Assembly (NCBI GenBank): GCA_045546895.1
Contig: JAZQDS010000040.1
Coordinates: forward strand, 9,396 to 73,395
Direction of reading: 5' to 3'
From: Eubacteriales bacterium
Lineage (GTDB): Bacteria; Bacillota; Clostridia; Oscillospirales; QAKW01
Length of the DNA stretch: 64,000 nt
This document shows positions 1-7,059 of this stretch, in pieces (within the stretch, counting starts at the first letter, position 1; each line of letters opens with the position of its first letter). Under the pieces are notes generated by a model that saw only the letters and a program-made list of their open reading frames with translations, did no database searches and was not told the origin of the DNA. The position numbers and the translations under genes are program-made.

Positions 1-557
1 GAACGGGGAAGGGGTGGATTACAGCGGAGTACTCCATGCTTCCCCGCGCAACCGCAACCCGAAATAAAAGAGATATCAGCAAATTAAAGCAAGCTCCGCG
101 CAGCACAGAAATTCAGCGCCTGATCGGACGTTCCTTGCGCGGCGCGGTTGATTTAGCGGAGCTTGGCGAACGATCAATCATCATCGATTGCGATGTCATT
201 CAAGCCGATGGCGGTACGCGCTGCGCTTCTATTTGCGGTGGGTTTGTTGCATTATCGTTGGCGATCCGCAAACTGATGAATGAGGGGCTTTTGGAGAAGA
301 ATCCCATTGAAAAGCAGATTGCTGCAATCTCTGTTGGAATTCTTGATGGAACTCCGATTTTGGATCTTTGCTATCAGGAAGATAGCAAGGCTGATACTGA
401 TATGAATGTAATTATGACATCGAATGGTGGATTTATTGAGATTCAAGGAACTGCCGAAGGGGAAGAACTGAATAAAAAGCAGATGGACACCCTTTTAAAT
501 TATGCAGCAATCGGATGTCGTAAAATCTTTAAAGCTCAAAATAAGGTTTTGGAATAA
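1..557 (+). CDS. rph: Ribonuclease PH, 3' portion (5' end lies upstream of the window)
   Basis: The frame is open from the window edge (..[23 protein letters not shown]..). [11 protein letters not shown] and [12 protein letters not shown] motifs are typical of RNase PH. The ORF-track Met at 36 is internal. Confidence 0.9.
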   Translation, partial: TGKGWITAEYSMLPRATATRNKRDISKLKQAPRSTEIQRLIGRSLRGAVDLAELGERSIIIDCDVIQADGGTRCASICGGFVALSLAIRKLMNEGLLEKNPIEKQIAAISVGILDGTPILDLCYQEDSKADTDMNVIMTSNGGFIEIQGTAEGEELNKKQMDTLLNYAAIGCRKIFKAQNKVLE

Positions 558-1156
558 TGGAAAAGAAATTTGTTATTGCAACCAATAATCCTCATAAGGT
601 GGTTGAATTTAAAAAAATTCTTGCCCCCCTTGGGATTGAATGTAGCTCATTGAAAGAAATGGGCATCGAATGTGATGCGGAAGAAACAGGGACAACTTTT
701 GCGGAAAATGCTTACATCAAGGCAAAGGCGGTATTTGATCTTTGCGGCCTGCCTACTGTTGCAGACGATAGCGGGATTTGCGTGGATGCGCTGGGCGGAG
801 CGCCCGGAGTATATTCGGCGCGCTATGGCGGCGAAGGCTTAAATGATGAGCAACGCTTATACCATCTTTTGGAGAATCTGAAAGAAGTAGATGATCGCAA
901 AGCACATTTTACCTCCTCCATTTGTTGTATTTTAGATCAGGATGTTGTTATAAAAGCAGAGGGCTATATATTTGGGACTCTTTTAAGGGAACCAAAGGGG
1001 GAGAATGGATTCGGCTATGATCCGATCTTCTTGCCGGATGGCTATGAGCTGACCACTGCCGAAATGGACGGCGAGGCTAAAAATGCAATCAGCCACCGCG
1101 GAAATGCTTTGCGAGAATTTGTGAAACAATTAAAGGAGTACTATGATGCTGAATAG
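557..1156 (+). CDS. rdgB: dITP/XTP pyrophosphatase (RdgB/HAM1 family)
   Basis: 199 aa with FVIATNNPHKVVEF, GFGYDPIF and ISHRG motifs. TAATG overlap with the rph stop. The rph-rdgB pairing is conserved. Confidence 0.9.
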   Translation: MEKKFVIATNNPHKVVEFKKILAPLGIECSSLKEMGIECDAEETGTTFAENAYIKAKAVFDLCGLPTVADDSGICVDALGGAPGVYSARYGGEGLNDEQRLYHLLENLKEVDDRKAHFTSSICCILDQDVVIKAEGYIFGTLLREPKGENGFGYDPIFLPDGYELTTAEMDGEAKNAISHRGNALREFVKQLKEYYDAE

Positions 1157-1430
1157 TAAGCAACGAGCCAAACTTCGAGGCTTGGCTTCCAAAGAAGATA
1201 CCATTTTTCAGCTTGGAAAAGAAGGAATTACAGAGAATTTCATTCGTTCTGTTGACACCGCCCTTGCTGCGCGGGAGTTGATCAAATTCAAGGTTCTTGA
1301 AAACGCAATGATTGACCGCCGCGAAGCAGCAGAGGAAATCGCGCGTCTTACCGATAGCGAGGTTGTTACCGTTATCGGGAGCAAGATTGTTTTGTATCGC
1401 GCTGCAGAAAAGCCGGTTATCGTCCTTTAA
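1143..1430 (+). CDS. yhbY: YhbY/CRM-domain RNA-binding protein
   Basis: 95 aa with KQRAKLRGLA..IFQLGKEGITENF..ELIKFKVL, typical of the CRS1/YhbY domain. AAGGAG sits upstream of ATGATG. It is in the yqeI position of the Bacillus yqe operon. Confidence 0.85.
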   Translation: MMLNSKQRAKLRGLASKEDTIFQLGKEGITENFIRSVDTALAARELIKFKVLENAMIDRREAAEEIARLTDSEVVTVIGSKIVLYRAAEKPVIVL

Positions 1431-1431
1431 T

Positions 1432-2538
1432 ATGGGAAATATATTAATATTTGGCGGAACCTTTGATCCGCCTCATAAAGGACATCGGCATTTGCTGAAT
1501 GCGGCCTTAAAAATGCAGGAGTTTGATCGGGTATTATTGATTCCCGCTTTTATCCCGCCCCATAAATCTCATCATCCTTCGCTTTCCTTTGAAATGCGCG
1601 AAGCTGTTTTGGCTGATTATTTCGGTGATATTGACGGACTTGAAGTTTTGGATGTCGAGGCTCGGCGTGGTGGAAAAAGTTATACCGTTGATACCATTGA
1701 GGAAATTAAAACCCTTTTCCCCGAGGATAATCTTCATTTATTAATCGGAACCGATATGTTTCGCAGTTTTGAAAGCTGGTTTTGTTTTGAGAAGCTTTTA
1801 GAAGAGGTTGTTTTGATTGTTGGTTCCCGAGAAATCGGAGATCGAGCGGAGCTTGAAGCATTAAAACATCAATTTGAGAAGCAATATAGCTGTAAAGGAA
1901 TTTTACTTTGCGACATGAAGCCGCTGGTATGTGCTTCCAGTGATTTGAGAGCAGAGGGCGGTGGACTTGCCGAACGCGCTTTGGCCCATATCAGTAGTAA
2001 TTTGGATCTTCAAAGAGCACGCCATACGATGCAGGTTGCAGAATATGCGCGCCTATTGGCGGAGCGTAATGGGGTTTCAGCTGAAAAGGCTTATCTTGCC
2101 GGACTTTTGCATGATTGCACAAAATGTTGCTCTCAAGATTGGCATTTGCAATATGCCAAAGATAATGGTGTATTTTTATCGGAGGATGATTTGGCATGTC
2201 CGCAGGTTTTGCATCAAATTACAGGTCGGATTTTTGCTGAAAATGAATTAGGTTGCGATGATCCTGAAATATTAGCAGCCATTGGATGCCACACTACCGG
2301 AAAGGTTGGGATGAGCAGGCTTGAACTTTTAATTTTCTTTGCCGACAGCTGTGAGCCGAGCCGCAATTATCCCGATGTTGAAGCGATTCGAAGGGTCGGC
2401 GAGGTCGATCTTGAAAAAGGAAGTCTAATGCTATTTGAGCATATCATAGCATTTTTAATCAATAATAATGCGCATCTGCATCCGCAATCTCTTGCGGCAC
2501 GGGATGCTTTGAAGAAGGAGCTTGAAAATAATGGATAA
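1432..2538 (+). CDS. nadD: Fusion protein: nicotinate-nucleotide adenylyltransferase (NadD) plus YqeK-type HD phosphohydrolase
   Basis: Start set at the Met of MGNILIFGGTFDPPHKGHRHLL (NadD HxGH motif). The C-terminal half has the HD-domain signature ..RARHTMQVAEYARLLA..AGLLHDCTK.. of YqeK. It is a single uninterrupted frame. The ORF-track start at 1312 overlaps yhbY and is an upstream extension. Confidence 0.85.
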   Translation: MGNILIFGGTFDPPHKGHRHLLNAALKMQEFDRVLLIPAFIPPHKSHHPSLSFEMREAVLADYFGDIDGLEVLDVEARRGGKSYTVDTIEEIKTLFPEDNLHLLIGTDMFRSFESWFCFEKLLEEVVLIVGSREIGDRAELEALKHQFEKQYSCKGILLCDMKPLVCASSDLRAEGGGLAERALAHISSNLDLQRARHTMQVAEYARLLAERNGVSAEKAYLAGLLHDCTKCCSQDWHLQYAKDNGVFLSEDDLACPQVLHQITGRIFAENELGCDDPEILAAIGCHTTGKVGMSRLELLIFFADSCEPSRNYPDVEAIRRVGEVDLEKGSLMLFEHIIAFLINNNAHLHPQSLAARDALKKELENNG

Positions 2539-2893
2539 TGCTGTTAAAATAGCAGTTAATGCACTCGATAGCAGAAAAGCAATGAATATTGAGGTGCTGC
2601 ATGTTGGTGATATTACCGTGATGGCGGAGTATTTTATAATCTGCTCCGGTTCTTCCAATACCCAGATTCGTACACTGGGCGATGAGGTTGAATTTCAATT
2701 GAAAGAAAAGCTGGAGCTTATGCCGCTTCATCGGGAGGGTCATCCGTCTTCCGGATGGGTTTTGCTGGATTACGGTTTTATGATTGTTCATGTTTTCCAT
2801 CAGGATTCCAGAGAGTTTTATAAATTAGAGCATCTTTGGGCAGACGCGGATCGCATTGAACCAGAAACATTGATAGAACAAGAGGGGGAATAA
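2531..2893 (+). CDS. rsfS: Ribosomal silencing factor RsfS (iojap family)
   Basis: ALDSRKAMNIEVLHVGDITVMAEYFIICSGSSNTQIRTL is typical of RsfS. The start is ambiguous: ATG at 2531 or TTG at 2522. Confidence 0.85.
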   Translation: MDNAVKIAVNALDSRKAMNIEVLHVGDITVMAEYFIICSGSSNTQIRTLGDEVEFQLKEKLELMPLHREGHPSSGWVLLDYGFMIVHVFHQDSREFYKLEHLWADADRIEPETLIEQEGE

Positions 2894-2896
2894 AAA

Positions 2897-5302
2897 ATGA
2901 AGTATGATTATAGCGCTATTGAGAAAAAATGGCAAAAGTATTGGGATGAGAATGAGAGCTATAAGGTTGAGATTGACCATAATAAGCCCAAATTCTATGC
3001 TTTGGTAGAATTTCCATATCCCTCCGGCCAGGGTTTGCATGTTGGACATCCTCGCTCCTATACGGCCTTGGATATCGTTAGCCGTAAAAAGAGAATGGAT
3101 GGTTATAATGTTCTTTATCCGATGGGCTGGGATGCTTTTGGCCTGCCTACCGAAAATTTTGCTATTAAGAATAAGATTCATCCGGCAATTGTGACTGAGC
3201 GGAATATTGCTCGTTTTAAGAGCCAGCTGAAATCTTTGGGCCTTTCCTTTGATTGGAGTCGCGAGGTTAATACTACTGATCCTAATTATTATAAATGGAC
3301 TCAATGGATTTTCCTGCAGCTTTTTAAGAAAGGCCTTGCCTATAAAAAAGAGATGAATGTTAACTGGTGTACCGGCTGCAAGGTCGTTTTGGCCAATGAA
3401 GAGGTCGTTAATGGCGTTTGCGAGCGTTGCGCCAGCCCTGTTGTTCATAAGGTTAAGAGCCAATGGATGCTTAAGATTACCGAATATGCCGAAAAGCTGA
3501 TCAATGGTTTGGACGATGTTGATTTTATCGATCGTGTTAAAACCCAGCAGCTGAATTGGATCGGGAAATCCACCGGCGCTACCGTTCGCTTTGGTACAAC
3601 TGTTGGTACGGAGCTGGAGGTTTATACAACCCGTCCTGACACCCTCTTTGGCGCTACTTATATGGTTATAGCTCCGGAGCATCCGATGATTGATGAATAT
3701 AAGGATCAGCTGAGCAATTATGATGAGGTTATCAATTATCGCAATACCGCTGCTGCCAAGAGCGATTTTGAGCGGACAGAGCTTGCGAAAGATAAAACCG
3801 GCGTAATGCTGAAGGGCATTAAGGGTATCAATCCTGTGAATGATCGGGAAATTCCCATTTTTGTTTCCGATTATGTTTTGATGTCTTATGGTACCGGCGC
3901 TATTATGGCGGTTCCTGCCCATGATACCAGAGACTATGAATTTGCCAAGGTCTTTGATCTGCCGATCATTCAGGTTGTTGCAGGCGGGGATATTTCAAAG
4001 GAAGCGTTTACTGATGTTGCAACCGGTGTTTTGGAAAACAGTGGCTTTTTGAATGGTCTCTCGGTAGAAGAAGCAAAAAAGAAGATTATTGAATATTTGA
4101 AAGAAACGGGGAAGGGTGAGCCTAAAACTAATTATAAATTGCGCGATTGGGTATTCTCTCGTCAGCGTTATTGGGGCGAGCCGATTCCGATTGTTCATTG
4201 CCCGGTTTGCGGCCCCGTTGCCCTGCCTGAGGATCAGCTTCCGCTACTTTTGCCTGAGGTTGAGAGCTATGAACCTACCGATAACGGAGAAAGCCCCTTG
4301 GCGGCAATGGATAGTTTCGTGAATACTACTTGCCCCCATTGCGGCGCTGCCGCCAAAAGAGAAACCGATACCATGCCTCAATGGGCGGGTTCTTCTTGGT
4401 ATTTTCTGCGCTATATGGATCCCCATAACGAGGATGCTCTGGCTTCCGATGAGGCGCTTTCCTATTGGGGCCCTGTGGATTGGTACAACGGCGGCATGGA
4501 GCATACAACCCTTCATTTGCTTTACAGCCGCTTCTGGCATAAGTTCCTTTATGATATCGGCGTTGTTAAAACTGCGGAACCCTACGCTAAGCGTACGTCC
4601 CATGGTATGATCTTAGGCGAAGGCGGAGAAAAGATGTCGAAATCCCGCGGGAATGTTGTGAATCCCGATGATATTGTTCGCGATTACGGCGCAGATACCC
4701 TCAGAACCTATGAGATGTTTATCGGCGACTTTGAAAAGAGCGCGCCTTGGAATACTGCCAGCATTAAGGGCTGCAAGCGTTTCCTTGAAAAATCTTATAG
4801 CTTGCTGGATATCTTGAGCGATGGGGATGAGATTTCTCCCGAGCTGGAGCGTTCATTCCATCTTGCCATCAAAAAGGTTGGCGATGATATCGAGCATCTT
4901 AAGATGAATACAGCTTTGGCCACCCTGATGAGCCTGATCAATGAGATCAGCGCCAAGGGGAGCATCAATCGCAAGGAATTTGAAATCTATGTTAAGATGC
5001 TTTATCCCTTTGCGCCTCATCTCGGCGAGGAGATGTGGAGCGCAGCAGGCTTCGAAGGGGATATGACCTATGCGGCATGGCCTCAATATGATGAGGCAAA
5101 AACCAAGGCTTCTGAGGTTGAAATTGCGGTTCAGATTTTGGGTAAGCTGAAGGGACGCGTTATGATCCCCGCTGAAGCAACTGAGGATGCAGTTATGGAG
5201 ATCGTTCGTTCCGATGAAAAATTGGCGGCATTGCTGGATGACAAGAATATCGTTAAGATTATTTATGTTAAGGGTAAGCTGATCAATTTGATTATTAAAT
5301 AA
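2897..5302 (+). CDS. leuS: Leucyl-tRNA synthetase
   Basis: 801 aa with a class I HIGH-type motif (HVGHPRSY) and KMSKS ([11 protein letters not shown]). It reads as LeuS along its full length. Confidence 0.97.
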   Translation: MKYDYSAIEKKWQKYWDENESYKVEIDHNKPKFYALVEFPYPSGQGLHVGHPRSYTALDIVSRKKRMDGYNVLYPMGWDAFGLPTENFAIKNKIHPAIVTERNIARFKSQLKSLGLSFDWSREVNTTDPNYYKWTQWIFLQLFKKGLAYKKEMNVNWCTGCKVVLANEEVVNGVCERCASPVVHKVKSQWMLKITEYAEKLINGLDDVDFIDRVKTQQLNWIGKSTGATVRFGTTVGTELEVYTTRPDTLFGATYMVIAPEHPMIDEYKDQLSNYDEVINYRNTAAAKSDFERTELAKDKTGVMLKGIKGINPVNDREIPIFVSDYVLMSYGTGAIMAVPAHDTRDYEFAKVFDLPIIQVVAGGDISKEAFTDVATGVLENSGFLNGLSVEEAKKKIIEYLKETGKGEPKTNYKLRDWVFSRQRYWGEPIPIVHCPVCGPVALPEDQLPLLLPEVESYEPTDNGESPLAAMDSFVNTTCPHCGAAAKRETDTMPQWAGSSWYFLRYMDPHNEDALASDEALSYWGPVDWYNGGMEHTTLHLLYSRFWHKFLYDIGVVKTAEPYAKRTSHGMILGEGGEKMSKSRGNVVNPDDIVRDYGADTLRTYEMFIGDFEKSAPWNTASIKGCKRFLEKSYSLLDILSDGDEISPELERSFHLAIKKVGDDIEHLKMNTALATLMSLINEISAKGSINRKEFEIYVKMLYPFAPHLGEEMWSAAGFEGDMTYAAWPQYDEAKTKASEVEIAVQILGKLKGRVMIPAEATEDAVMEIVRSDEKLAALLDDKNIVKIIYVKGKLINLIIK

Positions 5303-5306
5303 CAGA

Positions 5307-5350
5307 AAGCAAGCATGCGGTAAGCTTTTGCCGTATGCTTGCTTTTATTT
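5307..5350 (+). terminator. Intrinsic terminator after leuS
   Basis: About 15-bp stem aaagcaagcatgcgg/ccgtatgcttgcttt (one G-U pair) with a 10-nt loop, followed by a T-rich tail. Confidence 0.75.
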
Positions 5351-5361
5351 TATAAAAGTGC

Positions 5362-5390
5362 TTGACATTGAGGGGCGAATGTGCTAATAT
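5362..5390 (+). promoter_or_regulatory. Sigma-A-like promoter for the tRNA pair
   Basis: TTGACA (5362-5367), 17-nt spacer, TAATAT (5385-5390). It lies about 15 nt upstream of the tRNA-Gly 5' end. Confidence 0.65.
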
Positions 5391-5405
5391 ATTTGAGCAA
5401 TCTTT

Positions 5406-5480
5406 GCGGGTGTAGCACATCGGCTAGTGCATCGGCCTTCCAAGCCGAGGAGGTGGGTTCGATTCCCATCACCCGCTCCA
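5406..5480 (+). tRNA. tRNA-Gly (anticodon UCC), CCA encoded
   Basis: Hand-folded cloverleaf. Acceptor GCGGGTG/CACCCGC, D stem GCAC/GTGC, anticodon stem TCGGC/GCCGA with loop CTTCCAA, T arm GTGGG-TTCGATT-CCCAT, terminal CCA. Confidence 0.9.
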
Positions 5481-5486
5481 AATAAT

Positions 5487-5563
5487 GCGCTTTTAGCTCA
5501 GCTGGATAGAGCAACTGCCTTCTAAGCAGTAGGTCGGGGGTTCGAGTCCCTCAAAGCGCGCCA
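5487..5563 (+). tRNA. tRNA-Arg (anticodon UCU), CCA encoded
   Basis: Hand-folded cloverleaf. Acceptor GCGCTTT/AAAGCGC, D arm GCTC-AGCTGGATA-GAGC, anticodon stem ACTGC/GCAGT with loop CTTCTAA, T arm GGGGG-TTCGAGT-CCCTC, terminal CCA. Confidence 0.9.
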
Positions 5564-5590
5564 GGGCGCCTCAAAGGCGCCCTTTTTATT
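5564..5590 (+). terminator. Intrinsic terminator after the tRNA pair
   Basis: GGGCGCC-tcaaa-GGCGCCC followed by TTTTT. Confidence 0.8.
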
Positions 5591-5624
5591 TGTAACTAAT
5601 GCGGGAATTTCGGAGGCGATATTT

Positions 5625-6860
5625 ATGAGTAAAAAACAATCAAATTGCCTGATATTTTTATGCTGGTTAATCTATGCATTTTCTTATCTCGGACGATATA
5701 ATTACTCCGCAACATTAGTTCGTATTGTTGATGTTTTGGAGGTCAGCCGCGCAGAAGCGGGGATGGTTGCATCATTTTTCTTTTTTGCTTATGCAGCGGG
5801 GCAGCTGTTTAACGGAATGATGAACCGCTATTATAAGCCGCGCTGGATTATCTCTGCGGCATTGCTGGCTTCCGCGGGTTTGAATCTTGCGATGCCGCTG
5901 GTTCATAATATTCATGTTATGAAGGTTTTATGGATGCTGAACGGCTTTTCCCTCAGCGTTTTATGGACAACCCTGATCCGCGTTCTCGGTCTTTATCTTG
6001 ATAGTAAAATGCTGAAAAAAGCGGTTTTGGTAATGGGAACTACTACCGCCAGCGGAACGGTTTTGAGCTATCTTTTCGGCGCTGTTTTTATTCGTTTTTT
6101 CGATTGGGAATGGGCTTTTTATTCTGCCACCATCTTTTTGATTGTAATTGCCTTGGTATGGTTCGTTTTCTATGGTTATGCTGTTAAGGACGCAACGCCT
6201 GTTGTTCAAGTTGCGATTGAAAAAGCAGGAGGCGTGCCGCAAAAGAAGCGATTTACAAAGCCGATGCTGATCCTTTTTGGAATTATTTTAATTTTTGGTG
6301 TGATTAATAATTTGATCAGAGACGGTCTTACAACCTGGACGCCCTCGATCTTTAATGATTTCTTCAAGTTGCCCCAATCCTATTCGATTTTACTTACAAT
6401 CGGCCTGCCGTTGCTCTCGGTATTTGGCGCATGGGTATGCGTTTTCGTTAATCGCTATGTTCGGGATCATGTTTTGCTTTGCGGCGTTTTTTATATTGCC
6501 GGAGGATTAACGCTTTTGGCTTTTATTTTACTGATGCCCTATCGCATTTGGTGGGTTTCCTTGATTTTGATTGCGATTGCGGCGTTGGCGATGTCTTCTG
6601 TTAATAATGTTATAACCAGCTTGATGCCATTGCAGATGCGCAATTTTGCAGATAGCGGGCGAATCGCGGGCCTGACCAATACCTTTTGCTATATCGGCGC
6701 CACCATCAGCTCTTATTCATTGGGAGCATTATCGGATTCCAAGGGCTGGGGCGGAGTATTTTATCTATTGTTTTTCCTCAGTGTGGCAGCAATATTGATC
6801 AGCGGAATCTATCAAATCTTTTGCGCAAAATATAACAAAACATCCTTTGGTAACTCTTGA
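5625..6860 (+). CDS. MFS transporter (organophosphate/sugar-phosphate antiporter-like)
   Basis: 411 aa with about 12 hydrophobic segments. The N-terminal pattern YLGRYNYSATL..AGMVASFFFFAYAAGQLFNG resembles the GlpT/UhpC-type MFS. GGAGG RBS. Confidence 0.75.
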   Translation: MSKKQSNCLIFLCWLIYAFSYLGRYNYSATLVRIVDVLEVSRAEAGMVASFFFFAYAAGQLFNGMMNRYYKPRWIISAALLASAGLNLAMPLVHNIHVMKVLWMLNGFSLSVLWTTLIRVLGLYLDSKMLKKAVLVMGTTTASGTVLSYLFGAVFIRFFDWEWAFYSATIFLIVIALVWFVFYGYAVKDATPVVQVAIEKAGGVPQKKRFTKPMLILFGIILIFGVINNLIRDGLTTWTPSIFNDFFKLPQSYSILLTIGLPLLSVFGAWVCVFVNRYVRDHVLLCGVFYIAGGLTLLAFILLMPYRIWWVSLILIAIAALAMSSVNNVITSLMPLQMRNFADSGRIAGLTNTFCYIGATISSYSLGALSDSKGWGGVFYLLFFLSVAAILISGIYQIFCAKYNKTSFGNS

Positions 6861-6885
6861 CAGCATTTGAAATTTATGGTAATAT
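6857..6885 (+). promoter_or_regulatory. Sigma-A-like promoter driving the riboswitch/ATPase transcript
   Basis: TTGACA (6857-6862, overlapping the MFS stop codon), 17-nt spacer, TAATAT (6880-6885). Confidence 0.65.
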
Positions 6886-6888
6886 CAA

Positions 6889-7015
6889 AATAAGTTAAGG
6901 GAGTAGTCGGCGCAAGTTGCGTAATAAAGCCAACATCCTGAGGGCAAAAGGCTTTCTGGTTTTGTTTTAAAACGACGAGACTTATCTGTTTTTTGCAGAT
7001 AAGTCTCTTTTTTTA
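6889..7015 (+). promoter_or_regulatory. Probable yybP-ykoY (Mn2+) riboswitch with terminator expression platform
   Basis: Conserved 5' core GGGAGUAG (6899-6906) and 3' core ACGAGAC (6975-6981). These are closed by a short P1 (UAAG/CUUA, or the alternative register AUAAGU/ACUUAU). Internal helices are AAAGCC/GGCUUU and GUUUU/AAAAC. The 3' P1 strand is shared with the terminator GAGACTTATCTG-ttttttg-CAGATAAGTCTC+T7 (6977-7014). Confidence 0.6.
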
Positions 7016-7059
7016 TATAAAATCGGGATAGACTACTATATAAATTAAATGGAGGTTAT

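Noticed and set aside
1312-1431. Upstream extension of the nadD/yqeK ORF (ORF-track start 1312)
   Set aside because: It overlaps the 3' third of yhbY in another frame. The NadD signature begins right at the Met at 1432, which directly follows the yhbY stop.
2825-3922. 365-aa ORF on the minus strand
   Set aside because: It is entirely antisense to the strongly conserved leuS. Its translation is low-complexity (I/L/N/F-rich) with no recognisable motif and no RBS. This is a typical shadow ORF of a codon-biased gene.
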